In this document: positions 56,193-64,000 of the stretch, in pieces
Position numbering within the stretch: the first letter of the stretch is position 1
Layout of the letters: each line of letters begins with the position of its first letter
Source: an uncultured Candidatus Cloacimonas sp.
Lineage (GTDB): Bacteria > Cloacimonadota > Cloacimonadia > Cloacimonadales > Cloacimonadaceae
Direction of reading: 5' to 3'
Assembly (NCBI GenBank): GCA_964572925.1
Contig: CAZNGW010000001.1
Coordinates: forward strand, 11,250-75,249
DNA: 64,000 bases
Notes under the pieces: generated by a model
The model's database searches: none
Told to the model about the DNA's origin: nothing
The model's input: the letters and a program-made list of their open reading frames with translations, nothing else
Translations under genes and position numbers: made by a program

Positions 56193-57728
56193 TTATTCCC
56201 ATTCTATGGTGGCGGGTGGTTTGGAGCTAATGTCGAATACCACTCTGCTAATCCCTTTTACTTCGTTACTGATCCTGCCAGAGACTTTCTTGAGAAAACC
56301 AAAGGGTAGTTCTGTCCAATCTGCGGTCATGCCATCCAGACTGTTTACCGCCCGCAAGGCACAAACCTGGTCGTAGCTTCGTTCATCCCCCATAACGCCT
56401 ACTGTCCTGATTGGGAGCAGGACTGCGAATGCCTGCCAGGTGCTGTTATATAATCCCGCTTGATGCAATTCGCTGATGAAGATCTCATCAGCTTGTTGCA
56501 GCAGTTCAATCTTAAACTCATCTATTTCACCCAGGATTCTTACTGCCAGTCCGGGTCCGGGAAAGGGATGACGATGTACCAGACTGTCTGGAAGTCCAAG
56601 GTGTTTGCCAACTTCACGCACCTCATCTTTAAAAAGTTCTCTAAGTGGCTCCACAAGTTTAAGATTCATTTTTTCAGGTAATCCGCCCACATTATGATGG
56701 CTTTTTATGGTTACCGAAGGGCCGGTAAATGAAACGCTTTCAATCACATCTGGATAAAGAGTTCCTTGTGCCAAAAATTCTGCATCGGGGAATTCGGAAG
56801 CTACCTCTTCAAATACTTCGATAAAGGTGTTGCCAATAATTTTGCGTTTCTGCTCGGGATCGGCAACTCCTTTCAAGGCGGTTAGAAAGGCTTGTGATGC
56901 GTCAACATAGCGAACATTGAGATCGGGAAAAGGGGCAAAAAGCTTTTTTACTCTTTCAGCTTCACGGTAACGCATCAATCCCGTATCTACAAAAATGGGT
57001 AGCAGATTTCTGCCAATGGCTTTATAAATAAGCATGGCGGCCACTGATGAATCCACTCCGCCACTCAAACCCAGGATCACTTTCCTGTCCCCCACTTCAT
57101 GCTTGATTTTTTCAAGACTTTCTTCTATAAATGATCCGGGAGTCCAATCCGCTACAAGGCCGGATATCTTGCAGAGAAAATTGGCTATCATCTGTTTTCC
57201 ACAGGTGGTATGAACAACTTCGGGGTGAAACTGCAGGGCATAAACGGGTAGTGTTTTATGCCTGAAGGCTGCCAGGGGAGAATTCGATGTGCAAGCCAGA
57301 ACCTGGAAACAATCGGGTAAAGTCTGAATGGCATCCCCATGACTCATCCATACCTGCTGCAAGTTTGCAACTCCTTCCCACACAGGGTCAGCCATTTTCA
57401 ACGAAAGCTCTGTAAACCCATATTCACGCTTTGCAGAGGGCACCACAGTTCCTCCAAAACGTTGGGCGACCAGTTGCATTCCGTAGCAGATACCCAGAAT
57501 TGGGATTCCCAGATTCCAGATTACTTCAACAGGCTGGGGAGCGTTTTCCTGAGTAACGCTGAAAGGGCTACCCGAGAGGATTATCGCTTTAGCTGCAAAC
57601 TCGATAATCTTATCCGTAGGATAGTTGTAGGGATGAATTTCACAATATATGTGCAAGCCTCTGATGGTTCTGGCGATCAATTGGGTGTATTGCGAACCAA
57701 AATCAAGAATCAGAACTTTACTATGCAT
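56193..57728 (-). CDS. guaA: GMP synthase (glutamine-hydrolysing)
   Basis: LDFGSQYTQLI, GICYGMQ, QFHPEV, LSGGVDSS, KSHHNVGG, SKPPATIEWE. Confidence 0.98.
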   Translation of the reverse strand: MHSKVLILDFGSQYTQLIARTIRGLHIYCEIHPYNYPTDKIIEFAAKAIILSGSPFSVTQENAPQPVEVIWNLGIPILGICYGMQLVAQRFGGTVVPSAKREYGFTELSLKMADPVWEGVANLQQVWMSHGDAIQTLPDCFQVLACTSNSPLAAFRHKTLPVYALQFHPEVVHTTCGKQMIANFLCKISGLVADWTPGSFIEESLEKIKHEVGDRKVILGLSGGVDSSVAAMLIYKAIGRNLLPIFVDTGLMRYREAERVKKLFAPFPDLNVRYVDASQAFLTALKGVADPEQKRKIIGNTFIEVFEEVASEFPDAEFLAQGTLYPDVIESVSFTGPSVTIKSHHNVGGLPEKMNLKLVEPLRELFKDEVREVGKHLGLPDSLVHRHPFPGPGLAVRILGEIDEFKIELLQQADEIFISELHQAGLYNSTWQAFAVLLPIRTVGVMGDERSYDQVCALRAVNSLDGMTADWTELPFGFLKKVSGRISNEVKGISRVVFDISSKPPATIEWE

Positions 57729-57730
57729 TA

Positions 57731-58360
57731 CTATCCTCTCACAAAGGGATTGGTTGCTTTTTCCAGACCAATGCTCGTGGCTGGTCCATGCCCTGGATAC
57801 ACTAAAACATCATCGGGTAACAAGTAAAGCTTATTTTTTATTGAGTTTACGATCGAGGCATGATCTCCACTGGGAAGATCGGTTCTGCCAATACTCTGTT
57901 CAAAAAGAGTATCGCCACTGATCAGAAATTTATCTACCCACAGACAGATTGAACCACGTGTATGCCCAGGAGTATGGATCACCTTTACAGCATGTTTTCC
58001 CAGGTTTAAGCTCGAATTCTCATCCAAAAGAATATCAGGGGTTTGCAGCCTAAGCTCTTTTCCCATGTATAAACTAAGGTTCTTTTTGCCATCCATTAAC
58101 ATTCTGGCATCGTCGGGATGACAAGCTACCGGGCAACCAAAGTTTTTTGCATAATAGTCGGTTCCCCCAAGGTGATCACCGTGTCCGTGGGTAATGATCA
58201 CCATTTTCAGATGCAAGCTCCGGTTATTGATGTCCTCTGCAAGCTTGGGATCGGGAGCGGCAGGATCAATTATAAAGCAATCTTTAGTTTCAGAGTCGAT
58301 TAGCAGATATGTATTTGTCTGAAATTCCTTTAGAAGTATATAGCTTTCAATATGGATCAT
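57731..58360 (-). CDS. Metallo-beta-lactamase-fold hydrolase (glyoxalase II-like)
   Basis: THGHGDH, HTPGHT, SGDTLF, YPGHG. Confidence 0.9.
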   Translation of the reverse strand: MIHIESYILLKEFQTNTYLLIDSETKDCFIIDPAAPDPKLAEDINNRSLHLKMVIITHGHGDHLGGTDYYAKNFGCPVACHPDDARMLMDGKKNLSLYMGKELRLQTPDILLDENSSLNLGKHAVKVIHTPGHTRGSICLWVDKFLISGDTLFEQSIGRTDLPSGDHASIVNSIKNKLYLLPDDVLVYPGHGPATSIGLEKATNPFVRG

Positions 58361-58370
58361 CTTACTTATC

Positions 58371-59372
58371 CTAATTATATGATAAATGATATCTTTTTAA
58401 CGTATCGACCGAGCATTTACGGCTTGTCATTGTAAAAGGCTCAGAAACAGGAACACCCTCAGAAAAACGCTGAAGGACTATCGGTTCCAGGTCTGAAGCC
58501 TTGGGATGGAAATACATGAAAATCTCCAAGGCAAGGTTCAGGACTGTTGGCTCGGGATCTGCAGAGGTGATCAGCCCCAAGGGACCCATGATGTTTTTTG
58601 CCTGAAGTCTAATCCCTTGCTGGATCAAGTTTTCGATTGATAGATTATCAGCTTCATCCCTTCCCACGATCAGTTTTATCCCATCCTGTAACCGGAAATG
58701 TCTTCCGTGACTGAGAAGTTCGAGGGAATTGCGATTAACCTCATTCATATCCAGCAGGTCTTGCAATCTTAAGCAGTAATTCCGGTCTGTGAGCAAACAT
58801 CCCCCGGCTGGTGAAGGAAATTCTTTCACTCCTAATTGTCTTGCCAGTTCGTGTTGGACTTGTCTTCCCCTACCTTGTATGGCAAGCAGGTCGTCTTTTG
58901 AGACCCAGCCTTCCCTGATTGGCTTGGTGTCTGGTAAAAGAAGCTGCGATAAAGGACGCACTATCAGATCTTTAACTCCACTGAGCCGGCTGACGCTATC
59001 CAGGGCATCCCTTCTCTGGCTTTTCGGACGCTGCCCCAAGACTTCTCCGCTGATCAGGAAATGCGCTGCTTTTTCATTAAGTAGCTCTGCGGCGTGCCTG
59101 AACATAAGCCCATGGCAGTCAATGCAGGGATTCAGCCTTTTACCAAAACCATATTTTGGATTATAAAGCAATTGCACATGCTCGGAATAAATGTCTCTGA
59201 CTTCAAGCTCCAAACCGTTTTGCCTGGCTGAAAGCAAAGCCCTGTCAGCCTTCAAATATGGAGCATGGAAAAATATCGGGTGAACTTCGTATCCACGGCT
59301 CAGCATCCATTTTACTGCCAGGATGCTGTCCAGTCCACCAGAAAAAAGTGCAATCGCTTTATATTGTTTCAT
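58371..59372 (-). CDS. ThiI/MnmA-like PP-loop protein (putative tRNA sulfurtransferase)
   Basis: SGGLDS PP-loop, NPCIDC, GEVLGQRP, PAGGCLLT. Confidence 0.7.
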   Translation of the reverse strand: MKQYKAIALFSGGLDSILAVKWMLSRGYEVHPIFFHAPYLKADRALLSARQNGLELEVRDIYSEHVQLLYNPKYGFGKRLNPCIDCHGLMFRHAAELLNEKAAHFLISGEVLGQRPKSQRRDALDSVSRLSGVKDLIVRPLSQLLLPDTKPIREGWVSKDDLLAIQGRGRQVQHELARQLGVKEFPSPAGGCLLTDRNYCLRLQDLLDMNEVNRNSLELLSHGRHFRLQDGIKLIVGRDEADNLSIENLIQQGIRLQAKNIMGPLGLITSADPEPTVLNLALEIFMYFHPKASDLEPIVLQRFSEGVPVSEPFTMTSRKCSVDTLKRYHLSYN

Positions 59373-59495
59373 ATATCCCAAGGCTTTCATAAAGGGGTTT
59401 TTGTCAAGCCTGATTATTCTGCTTTGACACCCTTGGGGCAGGCATTACATTCTGGCTGCTTGCCGGATAGTTCTTCGTCCCTCACCTCCTGAAAG

Positions 59496-59562
59496 CCACG
59501 CACCATCCACCCGTAACCCTCCCCTATCGCATGAGGGAGGGTTACGGGTGGATGGTGCGTGG
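59496..59562. repeat. Intergenic palindromic element, copy 4 (perfect)
   Basis: Perfect 28-bp IR 59496-59523 / 59535-59562 with 11-nt loop ctatcgcatga. Confidence 0.92.
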
Positions 59563-59642
59563 ATAATGAGGCGCAAGAAAGGTAGAAGGATGAAGGTAAT
59601 AGCTTTAGTGACCCATTCTGAAACCTGCTTCAAAGATTTCCG

Positions 59643-59670
59643 TTGACTAATCTTTCAACGTGCGGATAAT
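59643..59670 (+). promoter_or_regulatory. Putative sigma70 promoter for the hybrid kinase
   Basis: TTGACT-16 nt-GATAAT. Confidence 0.4.
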
Positions 59671-59718
59671 CGCAAAAAAGGCGTAACAGATTTTAATTGT
59701 AAAAGCTTAGACACAAGG

Positions 59719-62700
59719 ATGAGGATCATGATGGATACCTTTTATGATGATGCACAGAATAAAAACCGGACAGAGCAATTGCCCGGATTGCCGGAATTGT
59801 TCGATAAATGTCTGGATAAATTCTGCCAGATGACCAGCGATTATCACCACAATCTGTATCTGCTAACTGAGCTTGCCGGAGAGTTATTGCATGCGGATTA
59901 CTCCCTGTATAAAAAAGTTAAGGGAGATTCCATCATCAATATCTGTGTATGGAATTCCCCGCCTGACTTCGCCTTTGCCGAAAGCCCGAATAGCACGATA
60001 AGCAACGATGTGATCAAAAATTATCCGGATGAACTATGCTTAATCCGTGATTTGAAACACTCCAAATATGCCCATTCAGTTAGCATTGTCCAACGGTTGG
60101 GGCTGGAAACTTATCTTGGGTACAAAGTCTTTTTTGAGGATGAATGCCGTGGGGTTCTGTGCAATATGTATAAAGGAGATTATCTTCCCACTGAGGCGGA
60201 AAAACAGATTATGAAACTGATCGCTTCCTATATCGGATTGGAAGAGTCCCGAGCCCAATATGCAGAGTCATACACAACCAGCCAGGAAATGTTCCGTAAA
60301 ATTGTGGAAACCTCCAATGAGGGAATTCTGCGGATTGACGACAGCTGCAAGATTACCTATGTTAACAATAAGATGACTGAAATCCTCGGTTGTGAAGTGG
60401 ATGACCTGATTGGGCATGAAATAGAAGAATGGCTCTTCCCTGAAGATATTGATGACCATCAAGGCAAGGTGGAAGACAGAGTGAGAGGCACTCAGGACGT
60501 TTATGAACGCAGGTTTCGGAAAAAAGACGGTTCTGAGGTTTGGACAATTATCTCCGCAGCAGCCACCTTCGACGAAAATGGACGCTATACAAGTTCTTTT
60601 GGAATGTGCACCGATATTACGGAAAGAAAGCTGCAGGAAAAAGAACTGAAAGAAAGTGAGGAAAGATATCGGCTGCTGTTTTCCAACGCCCCGGTGGGAA
60701 TTGTTTTGCACTCAGAAAAAAAAGTAATAGACCTTAATCCCGCAGCTTTAAGGATATTTGGAGCCAAGCACGAAAAAGATCTGATCGGAATCCCCATTCT
60801 TGACTATGTCCACCCAGACCATGTGGGCAAGGCAGTATCCAATATCCAGCGTATGATTAATGGCGAACAAGGAATTTATCCTTATGAGTACCTGTTCAAG
60901 AAGCTCGATGGCAGTTATTTCCCAGTGGAAGTTTATGCAAATGCACTCACCTACCAGAATAAACCTTCCATCCAGATAATTATCTCAGATATCTCCGACC
61001 GCAAAAAAACCGATGCCATCAAACAGCGCAATGAAGAAGGCCTGAAAAGTATTATCAAGATTCTCCAACATCGCTCCGAAAGCGTTAGAGATTTCATGCA
61101 CTACACACTTGATGAAGCAATCCGGCTTACCGATAGTGTTTACGGCTTTGTATTCAGGTTCCATGCCGATAAGCAGGAATTCGAGATGTTTGCGTGTTCC
61201 CGCAATGCGTTTGAGGATAGCAATATGGAGCAAAATCCCAGCGTTTTTAAGCTTAGCGATTCAGGTGCCTGGGGTGAGGTAATTCGACAAAGGAAGCCGA
61301 TTATCATCAATGACTACCAAGCTTACAATCCCTTGAAAAGAGGTTATCCTGCCGGACACATCGAAATCCTTAGATTCCTGTCAATACCAGTTATTTTTGA
61401 TGAAAAAATCGTGGCAATTCTGGCAGTGGCAAACAAACAAAGCGAATATGACGATACAGATGTCCTCCTGCTCACCCTTTTGATGGATGCGGTCTGGAAG
61501 ATAGTTGACCGTAAAGACAAAGAAATCGAACTGCGCAAACTGAGCAGGGCAGTTGAACAGAGCCCGGTTTCCATTGTGATTACCAATACCGAAGGCAGAA
61601 TAGAGTATGTGAATGAATTCCTCAACAGTCTTACCGGCTGGAAAGCTGATGAAGTGATTGGAAGAAAACCAAGCCTGTTCAAATCTGGAGAAACCTCGCA
61701 AGAGACCTATCAGGCATTATGGAAAACCATCTCTGAGGGTAAAACCTGGAAAGGGGAATTCCATAACCGGAAAAAGAACGGAGAACTATATTGGGAAGAA
61801 GCTACCATCTCTCCTGTGATTGATGATCAGGCCCGGATTACTCATTATATTGCTGTGAAGGAGGATATCACCAAACGCAAACAGATCACCTCGGAACTAA
61901 TCAGAGCCAAGGAAAGCGCTGAACAGATGAACCGACTGAAATCGGTGTTTCTTGCCAATATGAGCCACGAGCTTAGAACTCCCATGGTTGGCATACTGGG
62001 TTTTTCTGAATTGCTTCCGTCTCTGATCGATAATCCCAAAGCAATTGAAATGGCCAATACAATCCACAATTCAGGGCATAGATTATTGAATACACTGAAT
62101 CATATTCTGGATCTTTCCCGGATCGAAGCTGATAAGATAGAGATTAACTGGAGCAAGGTGAACCTCTTTGCTGTATTGAAAAATGCGGTTCGTTTGTTCA
62201 AGGCTTCAGCAGCACGTCGGAAAATATCCCTGGAACTGGCATCAGGAACAAATTCGCTTTGCATTCTTTCAGATAGTGGCCTGTTGGAACATGTGGTGAA
62301 TGAGCTTATCCACAATGCGATAAAATACACCGAAAAAGGCAGTGTTATTGTCAGTCTGGATTTCAATCCTGTTGATCAGAACAGGGCGGTTATGGTCAGG
62401 TTCAAAGACACCGGCATAGGGATTCCGCAAAACAAACAAGAGTTGATCTTCGACGCTTTCCGACAGGGCAGTGAAGGCTATGAACGCAGCTATGAAGGAA
62501 GCGGTCTGGGATTAACTATTTCCAAAAAATACATAGAACTGCTGCAAGGCAAAATAACTCTGAACAGTGAACCTGGAAAAGGCAGTGAATTTTGCCTTTG
62601 CTTCCCAGCCAGACTGTTAATTGAAGATAATGAACAGAAACCTATTGAAGGTGCTGCCCGACGGGATATTACAGCCGATAAAACACCCCTTAAAATGAAG

Positions 62701-63063
62701 TTGCCTCAAATCCTGCTAATAGATGATGATCTGGTAATTAAGGAACTTTGCGAACATATGCTGGCAGGAATGGCTGAATTGAAACATGTCCGCTCAGGAG
62801 AAGAAGTTTTTGACCTGCTTGGCCAGTTTAACTTTGATGTGATTCTTTTGGACATCAATTTAAAAGGCCAGATGAGCGGATTGGAAGTTTTAGCCAAGCT
62901 CGACAGATCAAATGCCGAAGCGAAAATCCCGATCGTCGCAATCACTGCCTATTCCATGCTGGGTGACAAAGAAAGGTTCCTGGCCGGAGGTTGCTCCCAC
63001 TATCTATCCAAACCCTTTACCAAAGATGAATTGCAAGCAGTTATCAGGCAAATAATCCAATAA
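59719..63063 (+). CDS. Cytoplasmic hybrid sensor histidine kinase (GAF-PAS-PAS-GAF-PAS-HisKA-HATPase-REC)
   Basis: PAS/PAC ends DITERK, DISDRKK, EDITKRK; H-box ANMSHELRTP; N-box NAIKYT; DTGIGI; GSGLGL; receiver LLDINL; no TM segment. Confidence 0.93.
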   Translation: MRIMMDTFYDDAQNKNRTEQLPGLPELFDKCLDKFCQMTSDYHHNLYLLTELAGELLHADYSLYKKVKGDSIINICVWNSPPDFAFAESPNSTISNDVIKNYPDELCLIRDLKHSKYAHSVSIVQRLGLETYLGYKVFFEDECRGVLCNMYKGDYLPTEAEKQIMKLIASYIGLEESRAQYAESYTTSQEMFRKIVETSNEGILRIDDSCKITYVNNKMTEILGCEVDDLIGHEIEEWLFPEDIDDHQGKVEDRVRGTQDVYERRFRKKDGSEVWTIISAAATFDENGRYTSSFGMCTDITERKLQEKELKESEERYRLLFSNAPVGIVLHSEKKVIDLNPAALRIFGAKHEKDLIGIPILDYVHPDHVGKAVSNIQRMINGEQGIYPYEYLFKKLDGSYFPVEVYANALTYQNKPSIQIIISDISDRKKTDAIKQRNEEGLKSIIKILQHRSESVRDFMHYTLDEAIRLTDSVYGFVFRFHADKQEFEMFACSRNAFEDSNMEQNPSVFKLSDSGAWGEVIRQRKPIIINDYQAYNPLKRGYPAGHIEILRFLSIPVIFDEKIVAILAVANKQSEYDDTDVLLLTLLMDAVWKIVDRKDKEIELRKLSRAVEQSPVSIVITNTEGRIEYVNEFLNSLTGWKADEVIGRKPSLFKSGETSQETYQALWKTISEGKTWKGEFHNRKKNGELYWEEATISPVIDDQARITHYIAVKEDITKRKQITSELIRAKESAEQMNRLKSVFLANMSHELRTPMVGILGFSELLPSLIDNPKAIEMANTIHNSGHRLLNTLNHILDLSRIEADKIEINWSKVNLFAVLKNAVRLFKASAARRKISLELASGTNSLCILSDSGLLEHVVNELIHNAIKYTEKGSVIVSLDFNPVDQNRAVMVRFKDTGIGIPQNKQELIFDAFRQGSEGYERSYEGSGLGLTISKKYIELLQGKITLNSEPGKGSEFCLCFPARLLIEDNEQKPIEGAARRDITADKTPLKMKLPQILLIDDDLVIKELCEHMLAGMAELKHVRSGEEVFDLLGQFNFDVILLDINLKGQMSGLEVLAKLDRSNAEAKIPIVAITAYSMLGDKERFLAGGCSHYLSKPFTKDELQAVIRQIIQ

Positions 63064-63164
63064 CTGCCATATCCCTGCACTATCTGCTTGACACCAGTCC
63101 TGCTTTGGAAATACAGGCTATACATGTGTTGATAAAGCACTAAAATACCTTTCAGGAGCATAAA

Positions 63165-63770
63165 ATGAAATACTTCCGCAAACTGGTGGGAGAAAAATGC
63201 TATCTTTCACCTATATCTCTGGACGACGTAGAACGTTACACAGAATGGGTGAACGACATGGAGATAGGGCAATTCATGCTTTTTACCTCCAAAGTGATAG
63301 ACTTGGAAAGCGAAAAGCAAACTCTGCAGGAGTTAATGCGAAGTAATCATGTATTCGCCATCATCGAAAAAGATACCAATAAAGTGATCGGTAATTGCGG
63401 TTTTCACAATTTGGACAGCGTTCACCGCCATGCCGAATTGGGAATCTTCATCGGAGAAAAGACCTTCTGGAATCAGGGTATTGGTGCTGAAGCCTGTTCC
63501 CTGCTCCTGGATTATGGCTTCAATATACTGAATCTGCACTGCGTTTGCCTGTTTACTTATCGCTTTAATAAACGCGCGATAAGTTGCTATGAAAAGATCG
63601 GCTTCAAGCAGACCGGAATGCACCGAGACTTTATCTTCATGGCAGGTAAGTACCATGACGTGATTATGTTCGATATCCTTTCCTCAGAATTCACAAGCCC
63701 CTATGTGAAAAAGGTTTTTGAATACAGCACCAGCGAGGAAGCAGGACGTAGCAAGATAACCATAGTCTGA
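63165..63770 (+). CDS. RimJ/RimL-family GNAT N-acetyltransferase
   Basis: IGNCGF, AELGIFIG, WNQGIG, YEKIGF. Confidence 0.88.
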   Translation: MKYFRKLVGEKCYLSPISLDDVERYTEWVNDMEIGQFMLFTSKVIDLESEKQTLQELMRSNHVFAIIEKDTNKVIGNCGFHNLDSVHRHAELGIFIGEKTFWNQGIGAEACSLLLDYGFNILNLHCVCLFTYRFNKRAISCYEKIGFKQTGMHRDFIFMAGKYHDVIMFDILSSEFTSPYVKKVFEYSTSEEAGRSKITIV

Positions 63771-63772
63771 AG

Positions 63773-64000
63773 ATGTTTCGCAGAATCAAAGGTCAAACAC
63801 AAGCTATTGAATTGCTGCAAAAAGCCATCGAAAACGATCGGATTGCCCAGGCTTACCTGTTTCATGGTGGAGATGGAGTGGGCAAATTGATGAGCGCACT
63901 GTATTTCGGTATGGCTTTGAATTGCGCTGCCATAAATGATCTAAAACCATGCGGAATTTGCTCTTCCTGCCATAAGTTCCTTGCCTTGGAGCATCCTGAT
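63773..64000 (+). CDS. holB: DNA polymerase III delta' subunit, 3'-truncated by the window edge
   Basis: Manual translation MFRRIKGQTQAIELLQKAIENDRIAQAYLFHGGDGVGK...PCGICSSC...EHPD. Confidence 0.85.
   Translation, partial: MFRRIKGQTQAIELLQKAIENDRIAQAYLFHGGDGVGKLMSALYFGMALNCAAINDLKPCGICSSCHKFLALEHPD

Overview
A gene-dense bacterial chromosomal window with no recognisable mobile element, prophage or CRISPR array. The organism is probably an anaerobe of the phylum Cloacimonadota; this is inferred from how closely Kce resembles, from memory, the Ca. Cloacimonas acidaminovorans enzyme, and no search was run. Housekeeping genes are gyrA (3' part), secDF, folE2, nrdJ, murI, rnr, yicC, miaB, waaA, guaA, tRNA-Asp and holB (5' part). 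The window also has a cell-envelope operon, an SGNH/SGNH/MBOAT O-acylation cluster with manA, and a 12-gene Mrp/Mbx(MBS)-like ion-translocating complex that lacks NiFe ligands and ends in a ferredoxin-GltD/NfnB-like fusion. The strongest novel candidate is at 8.9-13.0 kb. There a Moco/Tuco RNA motif (riboswitch candidate) with an anti-SD hairpin precedes a lipoprotein with a duplicated, Cys-less sulfite-oxidase/MsrP-like fold and a TonB-dependent receptor. A second exported protein of similar fold is transcribed divergently. Together these suggest an outer-membrane molybdenum/tungsten-cofactor scavenging system. Also notable are a four-copy intergenic palindrome family with variable stems and a conserved loop, and a GT-B/Ppx-GppA fusion protein. 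All calls rest on motifs read by eye; no database searches were done.
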